This document shows, piece after piece, positions 13,535 to 25,762 of a DNA stretch of 64,000 nt. The first letter of the stretch is position 1. Each line of letters begins with the position of its first letter. This DNA is from Nageia nagi (lineage: Eukaryota; Plantae; Pinophyta). The notes beneath the pieces were generated by a model. That model did not search any database and was not told the origin of the DNA. It saw only the letters and a program-made list of their open reading frames with translations. The position numbers and the translations under genes were made by a program. Where the stretch lies: the NCBI GenBank assembly GCA_050084985.1, contig JBITNC010000001.1, forward strand, positions 91,140,001 to 91,204,000, given 5' to 3'.

Positions 13535-14124
13535 AATAAACACAACAAATTTGAAAATATGAAGTTACTTTTAAAATGTTTTCATTATAAACACACTGAT
13601 AATAAATTCACATACGAGAATACATAACATCAAATATATTGAGTTCACGTTAAAGGGTTAGAGAGTTAATGGATATTGAAATCTATCATTAAAGAAGTCC
13701 CAAGTTCAAAATTCACATATAAGAATACATAACATCGAGGATACATTTTGTTAATTTACATTAGAGGAGTTAAGGAGTTTGGGAATTAATGAATGTTAAC
13801 ATCTCTTATTTGAAAGATCTTAAGTTCGAATCTTCTAACTTCAACTTTAAAAATATTTAATGATGTAAAAGAATTGATAAATAATTAATTGTTAAAACTA
13901 TGAAAAATCAAATCTCACCTCTTATAAAAAAGAATACAATATCAAATTTTGTTAAATTCAAACTAGGTTAAAACAAGATCAAATGCAAATCTTGAATAAC
14001 TTTAAATACAATCGACACCAAATTTGCTCAAAGTTAAAAAACCTTGATTTTCAACAAAAAAAAATAGTAAAAAAAAAAGATTTTACTCTAATATCATTTC
14101 ATCCTGATATGCTTGTCATGTAAC

Positions 14125-14401
14125 CCTCGGTTCAGGAAAGAGGAGGTCCTTCGACTTCTCTACTGCTGCCGTGATCAAAAGCGTTCAATCACCTTCGATC
14201 CAGATTGCATATGTACAAATTCTAGAGGTCATCAATCCAGCAAGAATTTTCTGTCGAGGGTTTCAGTGGCCTTAGCGTAGCTCCTTGCCATATGTAGATA
14301 CATTAATTGTTTTTTCTAGTGGAGTCAGCGGACAAACCAATTTACAGCCGCATCTTCAAACCTATTTACAGCGGAATATTCTGTTTGGTACGGGCGACCT
14401 G
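14125..14401 (+). other. RRC1: Putative non-coding first exon (5' UTR) of RRC1; TSS approximate
   Basis: Abrupt switch from AT-rich to CpG-retaining sequence at ~14120. Perfect donor CTG|GTAAGT at 14402. The matching acceptor ttttttaacag| lies at 17355, 18 nt before the ATG. Confidence 0.6.
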
Positions 14402-15592
14402 GTAAGTATTCGTTCTCTGCAAATGATCTTCATTTAGATTAATTTTACGAATTCCTTTCGTATTAGAAGATTGAAGTTATTTTTCTTAGGTTTCTGAATA
14501 TTTTCACTGCAATCCCACGGATGAAACCTGGTTTGTAGTTTCCCCTGATTTGCTTGGGAACGACCTAAATTGTGGATTTAACGGGCAGCAAAGCCTCCTA
14601 AATTCGGACTAGAGCATTTCCTGATGAGACTACTGTAATAATTATTATAATCTATTGCGACACAAATGTAAAAAATGTCAATTAAAGTAAGGCGGAATTG
14701 CTGTACGATTGGTGCTAGATTTATGGAAAAGATGGATAGAATGAGGTGAAAAGAAACTTCGGAACTTTTGTTGAATTGCTAGCTCGTTGAAAGCAAATCT
14801 TGCAATTAGGTCTTTATGGTTTTTTGTGTCTCTAAAAGATTCAGTTTCGAGTACAGTATGCTTGGAAGAAGTAATTGTCAAAGGTTAGTGTCTTTTTTCA
14901 AGGTTATAGATTATTCTTTGGATTGAATTGTTCAAAGTTTGGTGTTCTCCATGACTATCTTGCTAATAATGATCGCGAAGGGTATAAGATGAATTTTAAG
15001 GAATTGGATTTGTTGTGTCTGTTGATTCCGGCTGCAGAAATGCAACTGAATGTTTACTTCACAAAGAAGAACTAGAAAGATTGGTAAGCTGCTTGGTACC
15101 AAGCATTAGCATATGTGAGGGTGGTTGCACACATCTGGTATTTGGCTGATCAGCAACTATCCTTATTGCAATGTAGTTTTGATATCTGGCTTTGCCATCT
15201 GATTCTTATGTGGTTTGAGAATTTTTTTTTTCTATCCATTATGTTTTGTCATATACTTGTTGATGTGTTTTTTGCATTTCAAAACTTAAGGATGTTTCAT
15301 TTGAGAAGGAAGTGGTTTTGATACTTATTACTTTAATCTTATTCACCCGTGTTGATGATAATGCCATCGCTTTTAATGCTCAGAAGTTCTTATTGGTAAT
15401 TTGAAACTTGCTTTCCAAATCTTTTTGATAAATGATATGCCTCAGGTGCACTCAAATAAATTTATATTGTGTGAGCTGGAGTTAAAGTTTTCACATTTTT
15501 AAGAAATGTTGTTTTGTTAATTGAGAAATCTAGTGTCATTGGGAGCTGGGTTTTGGTTTGTGTTCTGAGAATTAGTTGTGATTTATTATATA

Positions 15593-15785
15593 TTTTTTAT
15601 TTGGTTGGAGGAAGGGTTTTGAAAGGTTTCTTGAACCCTTTTACATTTGGGTTTATCACATACGGATGATATTTCATACATATTTCATTCTGTAAAGGGT
15701 GGGATTTGAACTTGGGACCTCTTTATAACAGCTGAGAGTTTTTCATACCCAAGGTTCACCAACTCCACTACACTTGGAGATTATG
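15593..15785 (-). mobile_element. tRNA-derived SINE
   Basis: Minus strand has an A-box-like tagtggagttggt, a B-box gttcaaatcc and an A-rich tail. Imperfect TSD atttattRYat. A second copy lies at 56319-56470. Confidence 0.65.
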
Positions 15786-17373
15786 ATTTATTGCATTTCA
15801 ATACTTTGTAAATTATTATTTAATTTGAAGTTTTTATCTTTTTTTTTTCTCATTCCATTTTTGAAATTCAACATCTGAAAGTCATGACATGCATCACCAG
15901 GTAGAAGTGAGTGTGTACAAATGATACTCTTCAACTCCATCATACAGAGGAAAGGTTCCTGACAAATTTTCACCACGAAAATGATTTAGGACATGATTTC
16001 ATAGATGCTTCCACTTGGAGGTGAGTGGGAGTTATCTAGATGTGAAGTGTAGAATACAATGATCTGGTCTGGAGCAGCACTGATCTCCTACCCAAAACTT
16101 CTCCCTCAAAGTGGCCTTATTACTTTGCTGCATTCTCGAAGCTGCAGGGTCAACTAGATGTGTCGTAGTATCATACAAACGGGTTCTGGTAGTTCAGGCT
16201 AAAAATGCATATTTGGATTGGACTCAAGACACACTTTAAAGTTTAAAATTTTTTCAGAGAATGAGCTCTTTGAACTCTTATTTGGTCTGATGCACTTTCA
16301 AGAGGATTTTTCACTTTTTAAAGCCCACCTGAGAAGCGTCTTGAACTGTGGAAGCCCTTTTGTTTGGTATGTCTCAATTATGGGTGGAAAAGTGATGAAA
16401 GAATGTGTCTTGTAGAGGGTCATTTTTCATTTCTTTGAATATGGTATTTACAGAGGACAAGCAGATGAGATCTTTTAAAGAGCCAAAGACCTTATGATAT
16501 TATGGGACTAGGATTATTCCTTTGTTATGTTTTTTAAGTTTCTTGGATTTTGCAAGGCTCTCTTGCCTGCATCTCCGAGTGGCTACTGATACTGTAGATA
16601 AACCACCGTCAGAGGCTATCAATATCATTCCTTGTAATTCCAAAAACAACTTTCTGGATGATGAGTCTTAGATGGATTTCAAGGTAGAGTTGAAAGTATC
16701 ACCACCTATGTAATTCACTTTTAGCTGTTTTACTTCTCATTGAGCTGTTTGTATAGCTATTTGCTTTATTGATGCATGTGATTTCTTCCTTTTTGAACCC
16801 TATTTTTTGACATCATTTCTTCATTTAAGGTGGACATGAATAGAAACTAATCAATTGTCTTGAGGGAACTAGTTGGGATTAAAGCAAAAACATTGACAGT
16901 TGTAATGTTTATAGGCAGTTGTTAAAACACTTGTTGACACCTAGGAGAAGTGTCGTTTTGAGAGTTTTTGTTATGTTCATTAAGTCATGATGAGTACCCA
17001 TTAGAGGTAATGCCCTCTTCTTCAACGATTTGTTGCAGTGTTTTGTGCATTGCTATCTGTTGTCTTACCTCTAATATTGGTAGCCACTGTATTTGATGAA
17101 AGTGTCTTTTGAGCTGGTGCAATGTGTACATAGTACATACTATTCTGACCTTGGTTTTTTCATGGTATTCTTACTTCAATTCGGATCCAAGCTTTGTGAG
17201 ATATATTGTTGAAAATAGAGCACTTTAGGAGAAGATTGCTAAAGTTTTGTTGCTTCAAGGATCTCAAGGCATGTTTCTGAACATGGTACTTAGTTCACAT
17301 AAATTTGCATGTTTATGATGTTCATAGCAAACTCAATATTCTGTTTTTTTAACAGAAACTATTTGATGTTAAG

Positions 17374-17448
17374 ATGACTTCATTCTCGGTGATTCGAAAG
17401 AAGACCCCTTTTCAAAAGCACAGAGAGGAAGAGGAGGCTAAGAAAAAG
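17374..17448 (+). CDS. RRC1: RRC1/SR140-like splicing factor, coding exon 1 (MTSFSVIRKKTPFQKHREEEEAKKK)
   Basis: Matches the conserved N-terminus of plant RRC1 (MSSFSITRKKTPFQKHREEEEA). Donor AAG|GTATAC, phase 0. Missed by the ORF track. Confidence 0.95.
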
Positions 17449-17539
17449 GTATACATGTTGACTTTAATATTTGACATGGTGTCTGATGTTTTATGTCTGG
17501 ACATGAAGCTGACTTCTCTCATTTTCACGTGTGATTCAG

Positions 17540-17672
17540 AGAGCAGATGAAGAAGCAGCTCGATTATATGAAGAGTTTGTTGAATCTTTTAAGGGAGATG
17601 ATGTACCCGGTGGAAAAGCATTTGTACGGGGAGGAACCATCAATCCTGATGATCGAAAAGCTGCAACTGAAG
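17540..17672 (+). CDS. RRC1: RRC1 coding exon 2 (RADEEAARLYEEFVESF...FVRGGTINP...)
   Basis: ttcag| acceptor and G|GTATAT donor. 133 nt, phase-consistent. Conserved ARLYxEFVESF and FVRGGTINP motifs. Confidence 0.95.
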
Positions 17673-17764
17673 GTATATGCGAATATTCATTGGATGCTTT
17701 GCTACCTGAATGGTCTGTTGGCATCTGTTAACAAAAAGGTTTTTTATTTATTTCATAATAACAG

Positions 17765-17810
17765 GCATATCATCCAAAGATGGGGCTTCTGGTTCAAAGA
17801 AAGGAAGCAG
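17765..17810 (+). CDS. RRC1: RRC1 coding exon 3 (46 nt; GISSKDGASGSKKGSR)
   Basis: aacag| acceptor and CAG|GTATTT donor, phase 1 to 2. Matches the RRC1 SKDG..SKKGSR segment. Confidence 0.92.
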
Positions 17811-20800
17811 GTATTTGTACAGATTATTGGATTGTTACTAATGCTTAATATGCATTTCTCAAAAACCATTAGGATCTTAAAACAAAGGTGGGTTGGTTGA
17901 AGGTCAAACATATTCTCCCACACAGTGCAGCCTTGCACAGGATATAGTGCTTTAGTTAGATGAGTATTAGCTGAGTAATCTCTGAGTTAGAACAGGAAGA
18001 ATTAATTATGATCGGGAATGTACTGGTTGTATCATTCCAGACATTTTGTCTGGGCATTACTGCCTGTGACATATGATGGGAACTGTAAGGACCTTTTCCC
18101 TATTATCTGCAAAAATGTCAATTCTTTATCCCTTTTTCCTTTAGAAGGATATATTACTCCTTTCATCTGGGTTTGTTTCGTTTCTGCCTTGTGATCAGTG
18201 ATATGCTCAAGGCAAAGGACAAAATGCCTTTGAGCTGATTCTTTTCACAACTGAATGTTATTTCAGTGCCTTATGTACAGCCTTTTGTCAATCGTTTTGA
18301 AAATCATGATGCAACTATCCATGTTCCTTGTATTACATTATTAATATTTTACCTATTAAATATTTGAACTATTTAGCACTGATATATTTTATTCAGCCAT
18401 TCATTGTGCACAAAAGGCTTGGCACTTGGCTGTAAATAAAGTAGATGTCATACTTATCGGGGTGCGTACATACATCCTTGAAAGCAATGTGAATTTGTTA
18501 CCCTCATTTGCACCGCATACACCCCGACAAGGGTGCTTACATCCATAGCATGAAGCATTGCAGGGTACGTGAAGAAGGCACCCCGTGAGTTTGGTGTGTT
18601 TTTCCAGCACACCCTACTTAGCCAATTTCATTACTATGCAAAAAATTAGAATCGATGCTTTCAGAAAACGTTAAATAAAGGATAGTGGTAAAACATGAAA
18701 ACTATGCCCAAAAATTTATCTATATGACACACTTGGTCAATTTCACTGTTTTTGTTTTGCTTGGTAACTCTGTAAATACTCACAGCCACTGGGAAAATGC
18801 AATTTACCTTAGAATACCCTCTATCAGAGAAGCCTTGAACCAGGGGTATTTATCTGGCCAAGTTTCCATTGAGACTTGTACCCAGCCTCCCTCTTTTTTG
18901 GCTTCAACCTTGATCATCATCATGGTTGTCTCTCGTCCATGCCACTATAGTTTTGACTTCCGGACATTTTGCAAACTTAGTTTTTCTGGTACGCTGCTGG
19001 ACTATTATTCATGAGCTGACTTGTTTGGACTATCGGAGTGATTTTAAGCATCTACTAGCTAATATTTTGTCAACCTGCTGTATGTGAAAGTGAGACAGCT
19101 TGTTGGAGGGTTCTTTTACACAGAAGAGGTTAGATTTGATTGCCACTTCTCTGTGTAAGGCAAGCATCCTTAACAGTTCAATGATGTTTTTAACAGTTAG
19201 AAGACTCTGGACTAACATTTTCCCAATGTAATAATTCCATTCCCTAATGTTGGAGGCTATGTTTTACACTTTGGATGCACCAGGAACAATTTTGACTAAG
19301 ATAGATCGGAAGTGATATCAAAACCACACTTGGTCATTTTTCTTATGGAATGATCGATCAGGTTATTGATTCCTCTCCCGCTTCCTGCTCTGATGTACAG
19401 TAGAACGTTGTTATGAGGTCTCTTTCCCTGTTTATATTGGTGTTGTTTGTATACAATGGTTATTCTCTTCCAAGCAAATTTCTATTATTGGTTTTCTTTC
19501 TTTTCCTAGGCTCCCTTGGTTTCTGGGTCTAATACTAGTGTTGTTTTTATATTAATTCTTTGGTTGTTGAGAAATTTATTTGTGCTTTGGTCAATTGTGA
19601 ACAATAACATAATTTCTATCCAAATAATTACGTGGAGAGGTGTCCTCCAATGGCAGCCGGGGGTGGGGATTCAAATGTTCCGTTTGTAAATATTTTAAAT
19701 AATTACCTTAGCGGACTATAAAAGTTTTAAATAATTTTTATATTAAAACAGAAAAAAAATCAAATTACTAAACAAAATTCTATATTCAAAAATGGAACTC
19801 TATCTGTAAATGGCGAAGCACGAATCTTAGTGCAGTTCTTTCAGAAATATAGGAGCATGTGATGCAACGAACATTCACATGGAGCTGCAGTGGTGAGAAG
19901 TAGATGAATTTGTTCCTTCTAATACTGTGAAAGTGTGTGGCCTGTTCGCTTGCCATCAGGCTTAATAACACAACAACTCTAAGAGTATAAATTTAGATTT
20001 ATATATTCTACTTCCATATAGAGAACTTTGCAGAGCTTGTTCTGACAGACATCCTTCAAAACCGTCGATCCGAGCAGAAGTGGATTTCAGAGGGTGAGCC
20101 TAAAGATTTGAAATTAAATGGTCAGGTGAAACTCTATATCTCTGATCCCTTCTCTATATGGGAAAGATGAAACTCTATCTTAAATGGCAAAGCTCAAATC
20201 TTAATGCAGTCATTTCTGAAGCTTTTTTAATCCTTGAATCATCCGGTTAATATTTAGATTAAATTGGGGAGCATTCTGGTTTCTAAGAGATATCCCCTTT
20301 CGTTCATATTGCACTATTAAATTAATAAATATATATTTTTATATATTACGATTTTTTTATTTTTATGGTTTTGGATTTCATTTTTATATTTCCCCTTCTT
20401 CATTGCCTATAAATAATCTTGTTTTGCTTAACAATAAATATAATTTTTATAATTTTTTAATTCATTTCATTGGAAACTTTCACATAGTAAATACCAAAAT
20501 TAATATATTGAAAGGAGTTTACAATTGTTATAAATATATAATCTTAAATAAAATCAAATTATTAATTTTGAGGTGTTGTCTTTCATATCATAAAATAAAT
20601 TATCTCCCCAAGATTGATACCTCTTGGCGTTTTATAGATATATATGTAAGATATCTAAGCTAGTACATGCCTTCTAGAGCCAAGTCATCTTTTGCATTTT
20701 TAAAAAGATGACCTCTTGAATTTTTGAACCAGACATCATTTTCAGTTTCAAAGAGCCATCCACTTATTCTTTCTCTTTACCATTTTGCATTCTGTTATGT

Positions 20801-22583
20801 TCTTTTCCCTCTTTGAATATAGCTTCTTTGTCTGTTTATATCGGTCTATTTTCTAACAGTTTACTGTGTTAGCTTTATTTCAAAATGTTCTCACCCTCTC
20901 TCTTGAAGTATAATGTGGGATATTTTTACTCTTCTCAAATCCACACTTCAATGCATCAATTGTAAACCACCATACAATGCATCATTTATACCCCAAGAAG
21001 TATAATGTGGGCTTGCTTGGCACCATACAGTGCTTTCTTCAATTTCTAGATATTTCCTTTCCCTTTCACCTTAAAACCTTGTGCCTGTTCCAAATGCACT
21101 TCCTCCTTAAGATTTGGCATCAAAGATGCACTTAACACATCTAGCTGATGAACTTACCAACCTTTTTGAGCTTCTACCATTTTTATTTTGTCTTGTCTTG
21201 CAACTGGTGTATAAGTTACTTCGCAATCAACCCCATATCTTTGTCCATATCCCTTTGCCGTCAATCTTATTTTGCCACTTGCTATTATTATAATGCTTTC
21301 ATACTTGGCTTTGTACACCCAATTCACACTAATCACTTCTTTGGCTTTTGGAAGCTTACACAATTCCCATGTATCATTCTTGTCATTTGCTTTACTTTTT
21401 GTGCTTGCATGCTTTCTTCCATTCTTCACAATGGAATGTTCGAAGCTTGAGGGCGCATCATCAGTCTTGGACAATAGCATAATTCACCATCTATTCATCT
21501 TCTTTTCTTCCTTGCTCTTGCTCTTGCTCTTGAACTTGGCTTCTTGTGAGTCGTTTCACAAAATTTTGATCCAACAGTTAACTTGATGGATGTGTTTGCA
21601 AACCTTGCTTTCCTTTTGTGCATGTCTTTGGAGGGCTACTAGGAAGAGTGCTTCCACCTGATGCTTGAACAACACTATCACACTCATCGTTTGCCATCCT
21701 CATTATCTTTTTTTTTGTTGCAGTCCATACCCTTTCCCTTCATAAAAACCTACATCTATTGAAATAATCAATTGTTTAGTCTTTGAATTATGACATCTAT
21801 ATGCCTTAATTTTTCATTGGAATATGCAACAAAATACATGTTTCACTTTTTGCTTCCAATTTATTCCTTTTTTCATCATTCACATGAACATAAGCCAAAC
21901 ATCTAAAAATTAATGACTAACCTAAGCCTTATTTCTGATCCAAGCTTCATAAGACCTCACACATTTCACCACAATAGTAGGAGTTTTATTGAGGATTTAC
22001 ACTGATGTAGCTATCGCTTAGGTCTACAAATGATTTGCTAACATTTTTGCTTTTAGCATGCTTCCAGCCATCTCCTTTTCCTTTCAGCAGGCCCCTTTTG
22101 TTGAGATGTGTAGCCAATCGTCAAATAGCCTTCTTATGCCATTCCCATGAAAAACATTGATTGTGTTTCTTGGACACAAACTCATCACCACAATTTTTCC
22201 TCAAAATTTTCATGCTGTGCCCACTTTTGTTTTTGAACTTAAGCTTTGAATTGCTTCAGTTTTATTCTTCAAGAAATGAATCCATATGTTTCTGGTGAAA
22301 TCATCAATGAAAATTACTAAGTGAAAATATTTATTCACATTTGGTTCTCGAATTGGCCCATGTATGTTGACATGAATTAATTGCAAAGAATGTGATACTC
22401 TCCATGCTCTTCCTCTAGGAAAATTTTCCAAGATATTTACTTATTGCACAACCTCCACAAATTTATTTTTCTATTTTCAGCATTAAACGAACTAAAAATC
22501 ATTACATACATCAAATTTAAACTTTGGAAGTTCAAATGATCATTCCTTAGATGCCACAACTCTGGTCATAAATGGCTGCATTG

Positions 22584-23583
22584 TGAACATCTTTATTTCT
22601 GAAACAAACCAAATACAAATGTATGCAAATCCACAATAACACAACAGAACCAAATTTGAGTTTATATACTTATTCTCTTTTCAAGTAACACAAACTGAAA
22701 CTACAGCAGATTAGAGACAATGTAGACAAGGTATTACACTTATATGTAATCGAAACTCCTACAGATCACTGAACACACCTCAACAAAATTGGAAGAATAG
22801 TTGTAACATGCTCAAAGTGGTAAACGAACCCTTATAGGACTAGTAATCTGGCACTGATGCAGTCACTATTGCAATTTTGGTACATGTAGCCCCAAATGAA
22901 CTCCTCAAAATCCCCAACAAAGTGATTTGATGCCAAAATTATTATCTCAACTCGTGAAACTTTAAACATGCAAGTACAAATACAGACGTTGGATAGATCT
23001 ATCTTCAAATGGGTAAATAGTCTTTAGATCTCTCCTCCAACCTCCATTAGATCAGATCTAATGGGAACCCCTTTGAAATATTCTTAGTAGAATACTAAGG
23101 CCCAAGAGCATGCAAGCTCTCCAAGTTCTCTATCAAAATCAACCCCCTTCAAATGACCAACTCTTCCCCTTAAATAGTCTTGGAAATCTTAATTTAAGCC
23201 TCTTGATAGTTACAAAAGTTTGCCTTGTAATAGTTACAAATCCTCTCTTGTGGCAGTTACAAAAGCATGATATAATTAATACCTTGGACTTTGACCTCAT
23301 AACGATTATTTTTACCAAAATGTCAGTTACAAATACTAGAGACATTTAATACTACCTTATCATCCCAACCATCAAGCTAAAAACGTGTACCAAGTCAATG
23401 ACATTAATTAATACCTTTTTTCTTGTCCCAAAATTATTCTAAATACATAACCAACTCCCTAAACACTTATACTAACAATAAAACTTTTCAAAACACACTA
23501 ACCCACCACGTAGAAGCCCACAAACAACAACAAAATATAAATTTTAAATATTTAAAAGGTTGGAAATATTTTGGGACATTACA
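22584..23583 (-). mobile_element. Probable solo LTR (~1.0 kb) inserted in the copia remnant
   Basis: Minus strand starts tgtaatgtccc and ends ...gttca. Flanks are attg/atttg (imperfect TSD). Removing it rejoins the copia protease-integrase linker. Confidence 0.55.
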
Positions 23584-24586
23584 ATTTGTATGTTCAAACT
23601 TTAGTGGAACAATTCAATTTGAACAAAGGGAACAACATGATTTCTAATTGACTGATCAGAGATGATGCATTATTTTTCATCAAGAACAACTTTGTAGTTC
23701 TTCTCGACAAGCTATCCTACACAACCAATTGTGCTTCAATTTAGATGTGCAATATGTATGTTGAGTTTTCTTCTTATTGTCTCTTGTGCCCACCACATGC
23801 AAAGTTCCTTTTCCCATAGTCGATAGGTCTTTATCATTAGAAATGCTTATTGTCAGTCATATGATATGAAGTTGTGAACAACTAGAATCCAAATACCAAC
23901 ATTCTTTTGAGGAATTTTAGCCAAATTACAAGGCAAATATATTTTTATCACCTTCATTTCTGTACTCTGCCGTCCTTTAGCCTTCATTCTACATTATCTT
24001 TCATGGCACCCATATTTTTGCAATAACAACATTGATGATTCCTTTTGTTAAAGAATCTTCCTATTCCACATCCAACAAATCCTCCCATTCCTCTTGAAAA
24101 AGCCTGGTTTTCAGATGCTTTTCTCAATCCTTTGGGCAATTGATATTCAACCATTCTTTCTTACTTTGGCAATTTATGCAAATGCTTTCTTCTCATGGTA
24201 TACCCTTCACTCTTTCTTCATGGGAAAGGGGAAAGTAGAGATCCAACCAATTTTTTTTTTTTTTGATAATATTAGCAGTGGTTTTTAAAGGGAACCGATA
24301 ACCCTGATAACATCATGCCTTCCTAGTAACATATAAAACTTCCCAAGGCGAACACTATACTATGCCCTTACGGACCAAAACAAGCATAAAAACATACGTA
24401 ACAATTAAACGTCAAACTTTTCACACACATATTGCTGGAGCTTATCTACCTATGCAATAATACTATTCCAACTTGCCAACAAAGCTCCACGTAGTGCTCC
24501 AATCTCCTTCAGCAAGACACCCCTACTCGCACGAACCTTCTTCAAAGAGCTCTGGCTAGCAATCGGGGAGTCAGGGTAGTGGCTTC

Positions 24587-25539
24587 CTAAGAGTCCTCTG
24601 ACTCCTCTTTCAACACGACTTTGCCTTTACGTAGCGAGCTATGCCTCCCTCCGTCAACCTCTTTCATTACCTTGCGCTTGCAGTTTCCACTTGGCATTCC
24701 AAACTCGACTCCGCTCTTCTCCTCCTTCACAATTGGCTTAATATCGTTAGGGTCCCCCAACCACCCTTGCTTCTTAGCCATAACGCAAACTTGGTTCTTC
24801 CTTTTTGGAAATCTTTTGCATCCTTTTCCAATTCCTTGAATAAGAAATATGGAACATTGACCCTCTTCTTCCATCGCATATGATTCAAAATGTTGAGGTT
24901 GTACCCTCTTACCCAAGTCATTTGGGTATCCAATGTTATGTAATTCATGATGGTGCTTGCAACTTTTGGCCACAGTTGAGGTAGGCCCTCCTTTAGGATA
25001 TACTTCCCGTCCCACCCTATCTTCCCTGTTGATGTAAAGAAATCCAACTTAGTTTGTTTTGGGTGCTTGTTCCTTTGAATTTTCAAACCTTCATCCGCTA
25101 GACCTGATATCTCAGTTAGAACCGTCGATGAAATTTCGAACATAAAGGAGCCAATAGACACACAACTCTCCACCCAGCTATTCACCATCTGATGACAAAC
25201 AGTGACATCATAGCCTTTAAACAATTCCAGGAAGCTCCAATAACCAACGTTTCTCAACACTTCCTGGACATCATCATTGACCAGGAGGTTTGATGGTTTT
25301 GGGCGTAAATCTTTGTGCCCCCCATCAGAACCGCCTACTTTGCCTTCTGCCATTATCATCAAAGCCTTTTGCATATGCTCTCTAACCATCTCCTCAGCTA
25401 ATGGAGACAACCCAAACCATCCCATCATTCTTAAATCCTAGAGCCATGCTCTCCACCCTTTAGACATCCAATCTCTACGTAGGCATGCATCATAAACCGG
25501 ATCTGCTTCCAGCACATTTCTCTCATTCATGTGAGCCAT
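24587..25539 (-). pseudogene. Extra ORF ('ORF3') inside the LINE, PMD/Transposase_32-like by eye
   Basis: ATG at 25539 is in frame with ORF 24727-25428 across one TAG. Motif VGYWSFLELFKGYD...VNSW...FEISSTVLTEISGLADEG...LPQLW...NYITLD...LNHMR...VPYFLF. It lies between the RNase H stop and the poly(A). Confidence 0.7.
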
Positions 25540-25762
25540 CTTGGGACATGATTTCCCAAATACGCTCCAAACTACGTCGGTTTTGCACATTAAGTGAGGT
25601 GACTTGACACCTTTGCTCGTGTTCTCCTACCACCTCCATTCGCATCGCATCCCGATAGTGATAATTCCCATCCATCGCTCGTTGATTTTCAAAATATTAA
25701 AACACCACTGTCTAAGGGCCCAATTACAACAAAGCATAAATCTCTAGAGCTTAACCATTGTT

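Noticed and set aside
14621-14660. Hammerhead ribozyme core (ctgatgag); also ctgatga at ~54384
   Set aside because: No stem II followed by GAAA and no flanking helices.
17531-17900. ORF-track calls overlapping RRC1 exons (17531-17731, 17547-17900, 39032-39256, 55433-55654, 55679-55921) as separate genes
   Set aside because: They are exon read-throughs into introns or off-frame shadows of the spliced RRC1 gene.
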